DNA of 64,000 nt from an uncultured Deinococcaceae bacterium (GCA_964252075.1 CAXULY010000009.1:1-64000); one strand, 5' to 3'; positions 1-8,863 are shown, counted from the stretch's first letter. Translations and numbers: made by a program. The notes: a model not told the origin generated them from the letters alone.

Positions 1-5
1 AGGAC

Positions 6-437
6 GTGAACGCGCTGCACCCGAGGCAGCGCGCCGCCGTCTTGAACTACCTCGCCGCCGTGAACAAGACCTTTCCACAGTACGTGCTGAAGGTCGGGGA
101 GACCCGCCGCACCGTGCAGCGCCAGCAGTGGCTGTACGCGCAGAACACCAAGACCAGATGGGTGACGAACTGCGACGGCGTGCACGCGGTCAGCATGCAC
201 CAGTACGGCCTCGCGACGGACTTCGTGCTCGTCCGCAAGCTCCTGCCGGGCATCGCCATTTGGGACAGCCGCATCTGGCGCAGCATCTACGCGGCTGTGC
301 CGCCCAGCAAGTTCGGGCTGGAGACCATCCCACAGGAGCTCGTGCACCTGCAGCTCGCGGGCTCTCAGGCGCACGTGGTGGGCAGCGGCATCCTGAGCGC
401 GACATATGTCGCCCAGCTGGGCCTCCAGCGCACCTAA
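6..437 (+). CDS. Peptidase M15 family (L-Ala-D-Glu endopeptidase-like), probable phage endolysin; may be 5'-partial
   Basis: R-x3-Q-x2-LYAQ, VTN, SMHQYGLATD and ELVHLQL match M15/LAS Zn-peptidase motifs. Confidence 0.75.
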   Translation: MNALHPRQRAAVLNYLAAVNKTFPQYVLKVGETRRTVQRQQWLYAQNTKTRWVTNCDGVHAVSMHQYGLATDFVLVRKLLPGIAIWDSRIWRSIYAAVPPSKFGLETIPQELVHLQLAGSQAHVVGSGILSATYVAQLGLQRT

Positions 438-527
438 AGAAGCCGTGTAGAGTTCATAACCTCCGCATTGAAAGCCCAAGCTTTCGGCTTCAACAAGGGG
501 TTTTGCACGCATGTTATAAGCCTCAAC

Positions 528-1193
528 ATGTCCGTCGGCCGCATCCTGACCATCGAAGACGACCCCGACATCGCCGCCCTCCTGCGCCTGGAACTCACCG
601 AGGCCGGGTACGAGGTCCTGCAGGCCGACAACGGCATGTCCGGACTCCTGAAGGCGCGCGAGGACACCCCCGACCTGATCCTGCTGGATCTCGGCCTCCC
701 GGACTTCGACGGCAGTCACATCCTGAAGCGCATGCGCGCCACGTCCACCGTGCGCATCATCGTGCTGACCGCCCGCGACGACGTCATGACCAAGGTGCAA
801 TTGCTGGACCTCGGGGCCGACGACTACATCACCAAGCCCTTTCACACCAGTGAGCTGCTGGCGCGCATTCGCCTGCAGATCCGCCCCAACCTCGACCAGA
901 CACTTCATGCCGGGCGGATTACCCTCCACCCGGACCGCGGCGTGGTGTATTGCAACGAGGTCGAACTGCGCCTCTCGGCCACGGAGTTCAACCTGCTGCA
1001 CGCCTTGATGCGGCAACCGGGGCTGGTCCTCAGCCGCGACGCGCTCATTGATCAGGTCTGGCAGGGCCGTCAGTTGTCCAGCAATGCGGTGGACGTGCAC
1101 GTGACGAACCTGCGGAACAAACTGCGGGCGGTGAATGCGCATCGCGTGCTGCGCACGGTCCGGGGTGTGGGGTACGCCATCCGGGAAACCTGA
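528..1193 (+). CDS. Orphan OmpR/PhoB-family response regulator, DrRRA-like
   Basis: REC domain (IEDD, DLILLDLGLPDFDG, LTARD, KPF) plus winged helix (VDVHVTNLRNKL, RTVRGVGY). TATAAG at 515-520 lies 7 nt before ATG 528 (leaderless). No kinase is adjacent. Confidence 0.9.
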   Translation: MSVGRILTIEDDPDIAALLRLELTEAGYEVLQADNGMSGLLKAREDTPDLILLDLGLPDFDGSHILKRMRATSTVRIIVLTARDDVMTKVQLLDLGADDYITKPFHTSELLARIRLQIRPNLDQTLHAGRITLHPDRGVVYCNEVELRLSATEFNLLHALMRQPGLVLSRDALIDQVWQGRQLSSNAVDVHVTNLRNKLRAVNAHRVLRTVRGVGYAIRET

Positions 1194-1245
1194 CGTTTCT
1201 CACGGCCTGCGGTTGTTGCGCCAGGCTCACATCACGCACCGGAAC

Positions 1246-1275
1246 AGCGCCAGGCGAGCAGCACCGCCTGGCGCT
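1246..1275 (+). terminator. Hairpin, likely terminator of the response regulator gene
   Basis: AGCGCCAGGCG-N8-CGCCTGGCGCT inverted repeat. Confidence 0.55.
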
Positions 1276-1297
1276 TCGACGTGCATCAAAGGAGCAC

Positions 1298-1372
1298 ATG
1301 AACGACTGGATTGAAATGAAGACCGGTTGGAACGTCATCCCTTGGACTGGCGTCCGCGTGGAGCACGCATGA
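1298..1372 (+). CDS. Small ORF, 24 aa (MNDWIEMKTGWNVIPWTGVRVEHA)
   Basis: AAGGAG RBS; the stop overlaps the next start (ATGA). Confidence 0.45.
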   Translation: MNDWIEMKTGWNVIPWTGVRVEHA

Positions 1373-3513
1373 CGCCTCCCGACTTCACCTCCGCCACCTC
1401 AGCCAGCGTGGCACAGGGCCGCAAGGTCCTGATCACCTGGAATCCTGTGTCCACCCAGCAGGGCGTGGTCGTCGAGCGGCGCAGCCTGACCGACAAGACC
1501 TACGGGTACAGCGTGGCGGACACGGTCACCGAGAACCCCTTCGCGTGGGAGCGGTTGAACGCCGCGGTGCTCTACCGGCAGACGTACCTCGTGGACCCCT
1601 TGGACCTGTGGGAGGACGAGACGTACGAGTACCGCGTGCGGACCTTCGCGCCGGACGGCACGCTCGGCGCGCCCTTTGACGCCGGCAAGGTGCGGGTACC
1701 GTATTGGGTGCCGCAGAATCAGCTGCTGCACTGGAGCGAAGACCTCACACAGGCCAGCTGGGAGGCTGGGCCGGGCGTGACGGTGAGCGGCGCGCCGGGC
1801 GCGCAGACGGTCGCGTTCAGCGGAGCGCGGCAGGCGATCAGCCAGGCGTTCCCCACGTACCCGATCGGCGGGCGCACGTACGCCGTGGCGTTCCTGCTCA
1901 AAGGCACCGGCGGGCAGGGGCTGCAGATCCATGGGCACGCGTTCAGGGACAACAAGACGGTCGACACGCCGATCACCCTCGGCAGGGACGGCGCAGGCTA
2001 CACGCGCATCCCTGGAACCGGGGCGGATGCGGGCTTCGAGTGGTTCGTCGTGACGCGCGCATGGCCAGCTGGACTCACGGGCAGGCAGATGCGCGTGGGC
2101 CTGAACACCTACGGGTCGAGCACCGCCCGGAGCGTGCAGGTCCGCAAGGCCATCGTGTCCGCTGGAGGTCTCACGCCCACCGCGCTGGTCGCGAGCTATC
2201 AGCCGACACAGGGGCCCGGCTCGACCTGGCAGGAACCACTCTACGTCTACCCGGATATGCTGCCCGCGAGCGCCAGCCCCACGAACCTCACGGTGTTTCG
2301 CAGCTGGCACCGCAGCCTCGACGCGGACGTGCCCGCCGTGACGACCGCCGCCGGGCCGAACCTGGCGGTATTCGACGGCATGCGCGTGGAGTCGCGGTCA
2401 GATCTGTTCAAGAGCGTGCGGGGCAGCAACCGCACCCGCATCCAGCACTGCACCGGGCGCGGGTTAATTCCTATGAAAGACGGCAAGACGCTGGGGCTGG
2501 CGTGGTGCGGGGACTACCTGTACCAGCTGTGGGTCATCGGCAACACGTTCAGGAACACGCGCGGCGGGCTCACGCAGTACTTCTGGGGTCGTGGGCAGGC
2601 CGGGCACGAGGACGACACCATCCGCATCATCGGGAACCGCGTGCGGGAGGTGAGCGGGAACTACTGGAACGCGGACGGCAGCCTCGTCCCGAACGGGTAC
2701 TTCCGCGACAAGAACCACCCGGACGGTGGGCACACCCGCGTGCAGTTCTTCATGATGAACAATCTGGAGTACAGCGAGAACGCCCAGGAGGGCGACGCGC
2801 TCGCCGGGGTGGAGATCGCCTGGAACGAGGTGGTCGGCCGACCGGTCTTCTCTCGCCCCGAAGACCTCATCCACATCAACATTCCCGGCGAGGAGGACTC
2901 GCCGGTGCGGGTGCACGACAACTGCATGTGGGCGAACATGCCCACCGACCACGCGAACTGGAAGGCCTTCGAGGAGCAGCAAGGCGGGCCCTACTTCTGG
3001 GATTACGGCATCGCCGCAGACGGCAGCGGGGACTACTCTGGGACCGGGCTCATGCCGTCGGATTTCCTACTGTTCAACCAGGATGCACCGACGCGCAACG
3101 CCCGGCACATCCGCATCGCGGACGAGGTGCGCATCGGGCCGCGCGCCCAGTACGCGCTGTACGACACCCAGGACTGCCTGTACCAGCGCTGCCGGAGCGT
3201 GCAGTCCGACACCCTGTACAACGGCCAGCTGCGGGTGCGCACCAAGACGCGGGGCGTCACGAACTGGGCCATTCAGGTGACGAACTACCTGGGCAACGGC
3301 TTCATGCAGGCCAACGGCTTCCAGGAGTGCCTGTTTCTCACCGGCCAGCAGGAGCTGCACCCCACCGCGCCCGGGCAGCCGCTCGCAGACCGCCCGGACC
3401 TGACGTTCGGCAACGTGTTCGGGCCGTCCGTCCCGTGGTGGATGGAGTGGCAGGAACTCGCCGACTGGCAGGCCCGCGCGGCACGCGCCGGACAGCGCAT
3501 CGGCGCGCCATGA
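1369..3513 (+). CDS. Large protein: FN3-like N-terminus, carbohydrate-binding-like jelly roll, right-handed beta-helix; possible tail spike/depolymerase
   Basis: ITWNP...YEYRVR (FN3-like); NQLLHWSEDL..W (CBM-like); repeated IGN/IIGN/IAWN/VHDN beta-helix coils; GGAG RBS before ATG 1369. Confidence 0.55.
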   Translation: MTPPDFTSATSASVAQGRKVLITWNPVSTQQGVVVERRSLTDKTYGYSVADTVTENPFAWERLNAAVLYRQTYLVDPLDLWEDETYEYRVRTFAPDGTLGAPFDAGKVRVPYWVPQNQLLHWSEDLTQASWEAGPGVTVSGAPGAQTVAFSGARQAISQAFPTYPIGGRTYAVAFLLKGTGGQGLQIHGHAFRDNKTVDTPITLGRDGAGYTRIPGTGADAGFEWFVVTRAWPAGLTGRQMRVGLNTYGSSTARSVQVRKAIVSAGGLTPTALVASYQPTQGPGSTWQEPLYVYPDMLPASASPTNLTVFRSWHRSLDADVPAVTTAAGPNLAVFDGMRVESRSDLFKSVRGSNRTRIQHCTGRGLIPMKDGKTLGLAWCGDYLYQLWVIGNTFRNTRGGLTQYFWGRGQAGHEDDTIRIIGNRVREVSGNYWNADGSLVPNGYFRDKNHPDGGHTRVQFFMMNNLEYSENAQEGDALAGVEIAWNEVVGRPVFSRPEDLIHINIPGEEDSPVRVHDNCMWANMPTDHANWKAFEEQQGGPYFWDYGIAADGSGDYSGTGLMPSDFLLFNQDAPTRNARHIRIADEVRIGPRAQYALYDTQDCLYQRCRSVQSDTLYNGQLRVRTKTRGVTNWAIQVTNYLGNGFMQANGFQECLFLTGQQELHPTAPGQPLADRPDLTFGNVFGPSVPWWMEWQELADWQARAARAGQRIGAP

Positions 3514-3606
3514 CCTGAGGCCCCGCGCCTCCGGGCGCTTCCCATTCGACCAGGGCAAAACGGGAATTCCCGTTTTGCCCGCCTTGCTTCACGCCCTGGA
3601 GGGCAC

Positions 3607-3861
3607 ATGCAGCTTGAGGACGCCCAGCACCAGATTCACCTCGCCGAGCAACACGGCGCCCTGCCGGACGGTTGGAGGGTCCACTTCCACGTGGACGACA
3701 CCGCCAGCCCCATCCGGGAGGACATCCACTACGACCACGACCTGAAGGCCGCGCGCGTGAGCTTCAACGCCGCCCAGTACGGCAGCGAAGCGGAGCTGCA
3801 CGCGGACATCCAGGAAGTTCTCGCAGACATTCGGGCGCGCATTGAGCGTCACGAGGTCTAA
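3607..3861 (+). CDS. Hypothetical phage protein
   Basis: GGAGG RBS, host-like codon usage, 84 aa. Confidence 0.7.
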   Translation: MQLEDAQHQIHLAEQHGALPDGWRVHFHVDDTASPIREDIHYDHDLKAARVSFNAAQYGSEAELHADIQEVLADIRARIERHEV

Positions 3862-3934
3862 CGCCGGCACCTCGACCCTTCGCCGCTCACCGCCCCAGGC
3901 TGCCCGGCCTGGGGCGCGCCCATAGGAGGGCCAC

Positions 3935-4309
3935 ATGACGAACGACACCAGCAAGACCGACCGCAACGTCCTGGAGCGCCTGAAGCAGATCCTCGGCACC
4001 AAGATCACCCTGAAGGGCCTCGTCGAAGCGGGCCGCTGGATCGCCAGGAGGGCGAACGAACTGCTGCCGGGCGCAAGCGGTGCGGAGAAGAAGGCGTGGG
4101 CCAAGAGCCACCTGCTGGAGGTCATCGAGAAGTTCGACGACCGCGCTCCGGTCATCGGTGCGTTCCTGGACCTGCCGGTTGTGGACGGCCTCGAGAAGAG
4201 CGCCGTCGATGTGGCGGTCGAGAAGGGGTACGCGTGGCTGGTTGCCACCGGCGGCGAGGACGCGCCCGTCACGGATACGCCAGAGCTGCAGGAAGGCGGC
4301 GTGGAGTGA
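3935..4309 (+). CDS. Hypothetical protein with a holin LL-H-like G-x-EKK motif
   Basis: AGGAGG RBS; SGAEKKAWA segment; lysis-module position; no clear transmembrane helix. Confidence 0.45.
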   Translation: MTNDTSKTDRNVLERLKQILGTKITLKGLVEAGRWIARRANELLPGASGAEKKAWAKSHLLEVIEKFDDRAPVIGAFLDLPVVDGLEKSAVDVAVEKGYAWLVATGGEDAPVTDTPELQEGGVE

Positions 4310-4731
4310 GGCGGCGCGGCCTGCTCGCGGGCCTGCTGCTGGGGGGTGTGCTGGCGGCCTGCGCGCCCCTGCTGGCCACGCCGGACCCGGCGCCGCCTCA
4401 GCCCCTCACGGACCCCACGCCCGCCGTCCTGCGCCTCACGGCGGCCGCCAAGTGCAGCCTGCCCGAGCCGGAGGGGCACCTTACGCCCACACGGGTGTGC
4501 TTCGACGCGGGCGCGAGCGCAGCCACACTGTCCAAACTCACGCTGATCGGCGCAGGCCTGCGCGTGAGTGACGGGCGCTGCAAAGCGGACGGGCTGGACA
4601 TCGTGTGCAGCTTCGGCGCGGGCCTGGATGTGCCGGGCGGCAAGTCCTTCGGGCTGCCCCAGAGCGGCACGGCGCACGGCGTCGCGGAATACATGCGCGG
4701 CGGCCTCGGCCTGTACACCGCGCGGTTCTAG
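4306..4731 (+). CDS. Phage lipoprotein (possible spanin-like lysis accessory)
   Basis: GTG overlaps the upstream stop; signal MRRRGLLAGLLLGGVLAA-C with lipobox; Pro-rich linker; Cys-containing beta-rich domain. Confidence 0.65.
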   Translation: MRRRGLLAGLLLGGVLAACAPLLATPDPAPPQPLTDPTPAVLRLTAAAKCSLPEPEGHLTPTRVCFDAGASAATLSKLTLIGAGLRVSDGRCKADGLDIVCSFGAGLDVPGGKSFGLPQSGTAHGVAEYMRGGLGLYTARF

Positions 4732-4765
4732 TTGCTCGACAAGTTGGCAAGTAAGCTGACAAGTA

Positions 4766-4804
4766 GCGCCCCCACCTGCCCGAAGGCAGATGGGGGCGCG
4801 TTTT
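4766..4804. terminator. Probable bidirectional intrinsic terminator
   Basis: GCGCCCCCA-CCTGCC..GGCAG-ATGGGGGCGC plus TTTT, between convergent genes. Confidence 0.7.
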
Positions 4805-5324
4805 ACTTGACGCGGACGGGCGCCAGTTTGAGGTGAGCGGCCAGGACATCTCGAATGCTGTTCGGCGTGTGCGGCTGGCGGGCATCAAGGCGCAGCAGCA
4901 GCAGCCCCCCACTCTTAAACGCCACGTCCTTGACCGCATCGCGGTACTGCTGCTTCGCACTGTCGTGCGAAGCTCCGTCCAGTTCAATGGCCAGCGCAGG
5001 CCGGTAGTTGGGGAGTTCAACCAGCAAAAAATCCACGTGCTTGTCCCGCAGGCGCGCATAGGTGGCCCCGCGGTTCTCACGTGCGGTGATCTGAAATAGG
5101 TCGTTCAGGCGAACGTTGGGAAACGCCCGATACCGCGTGCCTTCAAGGGCGCGCTCAAGACTGGTGAAGAAGGCATTCTCGGAGCGACTGAAGAAGTACT
5201 CCTTGGCTTGTACCGGCAGTGTGGTCGGCACACTCGCCCCGCTCGACTTCCGACCGCCTTTGAGCGCCGTCGCGAGCGCCGCGACGATGACCAGGACAAC
5301 AACAGCGACGATAAGGAGTGTCAT
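4803..5324 (-). CDS. DUF2726-family protein with N-terminal membrane anchor
   Basis: Hydrophobic N-terminus; KHVDFLLV, AIELDGASH, RDAVKD. Leaderless TAGGCT box 6 nt before the ATG. Confidence 0.8.
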   Translation of the reverse strand: MTLLIVAVVVLVIVAALATALKGGRKSSGASVPTTLPVQAKEYFFSRSENAFFTSLERALEGTRYRAFPNVRLNDLFQITARENRGATYARLRDKHVDFLLVELPNYRPALAIELDGASHDSAKQQYRDAVKDVAFKSGGLLLLRLDARQPHTPNSIRDVLAAHLKLAPVRVK

Positions 5325-5519
5325 GGAGTCAGCCTAAAAGCTGTCGCAGTGTGCCACTGCCTCATTTGTGCTCTTGAGGGGGGAACCAAGCGCATGCAGA
5401 CAGAAGCTCGTTGTCATCCTGACAGTGAAGAAGCGCCCCGCACTCGTCTCTGGGCGGTGCGGGGCGCTTCTTTTGTTGGGCAAATGTTCGGGTTTTGTTC
5501 GGTCATCACGGGGTACGGG

Positions 5520-5621
5520 GTGTCGAATGGGAGGTCTTTCGAGATGTCGCAGAACGGCACAGCGCATGGCGTCACGGAGTACGCGTGCGGCGCTTTCGGT
5601 CCCTACACTGCGCGCTTCTAG
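5520..5621 (+). pseudogene. Degenerate duplicate of the 3' end (4630-4731) of the lipoprotein gene
   Basis: Ungapped 102-nt alignment with 27 mismatches by hand count; both copies end YTARF-stop. Confidence 0.8.
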
Positions 5622-5725
5622 ATTGAGCGCCTCAACAGCCTCCGTTATGATGAGCTTGGCGGTTTGGAGAGCTCCAGCGCCAACGGGGCCGCTCACTGGG
5701 AGCGGCCCTCAATCGTGACCCACGC

Positions 5726-5770
5726 GGCGCCCCCGTTCCTGCTTCGGCAGCGAGCGGGGGCGCCTTTTTT
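5726..5770 (+). terminator. Intrinsic terminator related to the 4766 hairpin
   Basis: GGCGCCCCCG..CTGC-TTCG-GCAG..CGGGGGCGCC plus T6. Confidence 0.75.
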
Positions 5771-5854
5771 GACTCTAAAGCCAGCCGACATACGGCCCCC
5801 TGCGGTCACTCGCGGGACAAAAACAGGCTAAGTCCGACAGCCACTAGACAAATT

Positions 5855-6628
5855 TTGGAAAAAACAGCACCATATGGCATGCAGCTTCGTCAGCGCCGGA
5901 AGAAACCGTTGAATCGAGACGATACGGTAAAAATGCAGCGGGTGCTGGCGAGCGAAATGGGACGCGTCAATGCTCGCCTGTTCCTGCAGGCCATCAACAA
6001 GGCGTTTCTTGACACGCGAGCAGACGCCATGAATGACTTGCCAGAGGACCAAGAGCACACTTTTTACGCCGGCCTGAGGCGCAAAATTCATCGCCAGCTG
6101 CGTCTGATCGCGTCGCGCGAGATCAACGTGCGCGTCGCCTACAACGGTGGTGGCCACGAAAACTTCCTCCTGTTCCAGGTCGGTAACCTCATCGGTACCA
6201 TTAGCAAGGCGGAAAGTTTCAGCCCTGGATATTCAGAAACGTTGTACCGGAAGATGCTTCACGAGACTGAACGGCTCATGTACGCCGATGGCAAGCCTCC
6301 CTTGAAGTGCGACGAGAACACGGTTATGGTCATCCTCCGGTGGAAGTATGACCTCAGTGAAGGAATTCCGTATGGTCCCAGCGACGTGACGGTTTCTGCC
6401 TTCAAGGAGGACAGGGTGACCTTAGGTGCGTCCATCAGCTTGATCGACCTGGCAGCGGGCAAGAAGCTTCCTGCGCGTGTTGTCACGGTCAAGCCCGCTG
6501 TGGTGCCGGCCGCTCAAAACGGCCTGTTCCCTGGACTGCTGGTGGACCCGTCCCTGGGAATCACCCCAAAGCGGCGGCGTGATGGGCAGGCGATCGCGCC
6601 AGATGACGAGGAGACGAAGACGTCATGA
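5855..6628 (+). CDS. Hypothetical protein, candidate RosmerTA-type toxin (RmrT-like); true start may be 5879 or 5933
   Basis: AT-richer gene whose stop overlaps (ATGA) the start of an XRE-HTH/Zn-peptidase gene. Confidence 0.6.
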   Translation: MEKTAPYGMQLRQRRKKPLNRDDTVKMQRVLASEMGRVNARLFLQAINKAFLDTRADAMNDLPEDQEHTFYAGLRRKIHRQLRLIASREINVRVAYNGGGHENFLLFQVGNLIGTISKAESFSPGYSETLYRKMLHETERLMYADGKPPLKCDENTVMVILRWKYDLSEGIPYGPSDVTVSAFKEDRVTLGASISLIDLAAGKKLPARVVTVKPAVVPAAQNGLFPGLLVDPSLGITPKRRRDGQAIAPDDEETKTS

Positions 6629-7824
6629 CCCCCGGCGTTGCCACCTCCGCAAACCTCCGGCTCAGTCCGAAGTTCATTGGCGAGAGGCTCAGGCAAGCAC
6701 GTGAGGCGTACGGTTTCACCGCCGAAGTCCTGGGTTTGAAAGTTGGGCGCAGCAAGCAGCAGATTTCTCGCTACGAAAGCGAGGACGATGTACCTTCACA
6801 CGAAGTTCTGGTACACCTCGCGGAGCACCTGCAACAGCCGTTGAGCTACTTCTTCCGTCCCATCAGCTCTGAAGAAAAATCAGCCGTCATGTTCTACAGG
6901 AAACTGAAGAAAGTGACGGCCCCAGAACTTCGACGCGTGAACATCTGGCGCCGGTGGCTTGAAGAGGTTGTTCACCTCATCGCTGAGTACCTCAACGTCC
7001 CAGGCTTTGACTTGCCTCCTGGCCTCATCGTGCCGTTCCACACCAAAGACGTTGACCTTGCCGTCATTGACCACCTGGCCCTCCAGCTTCGGGAGCACTG
7101 GGGACTTGGGCAGCGACCCATCGGCAATGTCATCCGCACGATGGAACGCCACGGTGTCTTGCTCGCACGGTTTGATGTTGGTGCCGATGACATGGACGGG
7201 TACTCCCTCATGTCACAGCGCAACGAGAAATTCCCTCTCGTTGTCTTGAACAGTTTCAAGCTGAATGCGTTTCGTTCTCGCTTTGATGCTGCACACGAAC
7301 TCGGCCATCTTCTGATGCATGCGCAAGTCACCCAAGAGGACCTGTCCGACCCACGCGTGTATGAGCGCGTTGAGCGACAAGCCCACAGATTCGCGAGTGC
7401 CTTTCTGCTTCCAGAGGATGCTTTTCTCGACGACACGTACTCCTACGGTCTTGACGTGCTGGTAACGCTGAAAGAAAAGTGGGGAGTTTCTTTGGCTGCC
7501 ATGGCGTATCGCCTGCTTGACCTGGGAATCATTACTGCTGATGACCATTCACGGCTACGCGCTAATCTGGCGCGTCGCAAATGGAACAAGATCGAGCCAT
7601 TTGACTTGACGACAGATCCAGAACAACCCGCACTCATTGCTCAATGCATAGAAGCATTGGTTCGCGATGCTGGCTTTACCAAACAGGACGTATTAAACGA
7701 CCTGACAATGAGCCCAAAGGTCGTTGAACGGCTCACAGGCCTTCCCGACGGTTACTTTGGCGAGGCAGAGGAACTGGAAAGCGTCAAGGTCAAACCACGC
7801 CCCAATCTTCGCCTAGGCAGTTAG
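6625..7824 (+). CDS. XRE-HTH + ImmA/IrrE (Peptidase_M78) Zn-metallopeptidase, RmrA-like antitoxin
   Basis: N-terminal HTH (GERLRQAREAYG..SKQQISRYE); RSRFDAAHELGH (HExxH); ERQAHRFASAFLLP; KWGVSLAAM. Confidence 0.9.
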   Translation: MTPGVATSANLRLSPKFIGERLRQAREAYGFTAEVLGLKVGRSKQQISRYESEDDVPSHEVLVHLAEHLQQPLSYFFRPISSEEKSAVMFYRKLKKVTAPELRRVNIWRRWLEEVVHLIAEYLNVPGFDLPPGLIVPFHTKDVDLAVIDHLALQLREHWGLGQRPIGNVIRTMERHGVLLARFDVGADDMDGYSLMSQRNEKFPLVVLNSFKLNAFRSRFDAAHELGHLLMHAQVTQEDLSDPRVYERVERQAHRFASAFLLPEDAFLDDTYSYGLDVLVTLKEKWGVSLAAMAYRLLDLGIITADDHSRLRANLARRKWNKIEPFDLTTDPEQPALIAQCIEALVRDAGFTKQDVLNDLTMSPKVVERLTGLPDGYFGEAEELESVKVKPRPNLRLGS

Positions 7825-7846
7825 TTTCCAGTCAGTACACAAGACG

Positions 7847-7881
7847 AAGCAGCGCCCAGGTCCAATCGCCGGGCGCTGCTT
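7847..7881. terminator. Bidirectional terminator between the peptidase gene and hicB
   Basis: AAGCAGCGCCC...GGGCGCTGCTT inverted repeat. Confidence 0.65.
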
Positions 7882-7909
7882 AACTGTGATGATGGTCGCG
7901 ACCAGTGCT

Positions 7910-8620
7910 TTAAGCGCTGTACACGCTAATTCCGTGGCCGGCTTCGTTGATGCGCCCGCCCTCGAAGCGAAGGTACGTCTCGTCAGAGGTGCGAGCAGGC
8001 GGCGTCACGTAGCTTGAGAGCCAGAAGAGCATGCCGTCCCAGCGCACCAGCGCAGGAGGATTGATTTGCTCCAGTTCCGGCGTGCGCCTCAACGTGACGT
8101 AGCCAGGCGCCATCATGCCGCGGTCCCCCGCACCGATCCACTCGTCGAGCGCCAGGTCCTGCATGCCAGTCAGGCTGAGGAGCGGCACGTTCAGCGCCTG
8201 CGCGAGCTTCGTGAGACTGAGGAGGCTGTGGCCCGTGTAGAAGAAGTCCTTGAGACGGGAGACGGCGGCCGGGCTGGTGCCCATGCGCCGGGCGACCTCG
8301 CTGTCGCTCAGACCGCTGCGGTCGAGCGCCTGTGAGACGGCGACGCTGATGGCGTTGATCTGGGCCGGTTCGACCATCACGGCTTCCATCCCAGCGTAGT
8401 CATCTTGGTCGTCGGCGGGCAGGTCAGCGGCGGAGCGCAGCTGGGCGGGCGGGATGGGGAGGCCATCGGCCTTGAGGCCCCAGAGCTGGAAGGCGGCGCC
8501 TTCTCGGAGGCGGGTGAGGACCTGCTCGCGGTCCTTGCCCGCGACGGTGACGCGCAACTCGGGGATGGTGCCGCCCCAGGCGTTGCCGTCGTGTTCGATG
8601 AAGCCGAGGTAGGTGATCAT
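7910..8620 (-). CDS. hicB: HicB-family antitoxin with XRE HTH and an extra C-terminal domain
   Basis: N-terminus MITYLGFIEHDGNAWGGTIPEL..GKDREQVL...GLPIP; HTH SDSEVARRMGTSPAAVSRL; GGAG RBS. Confidence 0.8.
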   Translation of the reverse strand: MITYLGFIEHDGNAWGGTIPELRVTVAGKDREQVLTRLREGAAFQLWGLKADGLPIPPAQLRSAADLPADDQDDYAGMEAVMVEPAQINAISVAVSQALDRSGLSDSEVARRMGTSPAAVSRLKDFFYTGHSLLSLTKLAQALNVPLLSLTGMQDLALDEWIGAGDRGMMAPGYVTLRRTPELEQINPPALVRWDGMLFWLSSYVTPPARTSDETYLRFEGGRINEAGHGISVYSA

Positions 8621-8689
8621 GGGTGTGCTCCTGTGGAGGTGCATGGGCTGAGGAGGATGGAGGGGTGGGGGCTTTCGCCCCCGGTCGGG

Positions 8690-8863
8690 TTACTGGAGTC
8701 GCTTCAGGAGATTGTGGAGGGTTTTGACTGGGACCTCATCTCCGTCTGCGCCTGCGATCACTTCTCGTTCTGTTCCTTTCCCCCAGGTTTGGTGACTTCC
8801 TTTTTGCCGTATGAAGCTCCATCCTGCGTTTGAATACTTTTTCCTCAGCTCTCTATATTTCAT
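8690..8863 (-). CDS. hicA: HicA-family toxin (mRNA interferase)
   Basis: 57 aa basic protein with GWSFIRQKGSH; AAGGAGG RBS; upstream of hicB. Confidence 0.88.
   Translation of the reverse strand: MKYRELRKKYSNAGWSFIRQKGSHQTWGKGTEREVIAGADGDEVPVKTLHNLLKRLQ

Noticed and set aside
4738..4765. CAAGT repeated three times after the lipoprotein stop
   Set aside because: Too short and irregular to call an operator or iteron.
4630..5621. DGR template/variable repeat pair
   Set aside because: Mismatches are not confined to adenines of either copy (mostly C>T and G>A), and there is no reverse transcriptase in the window.
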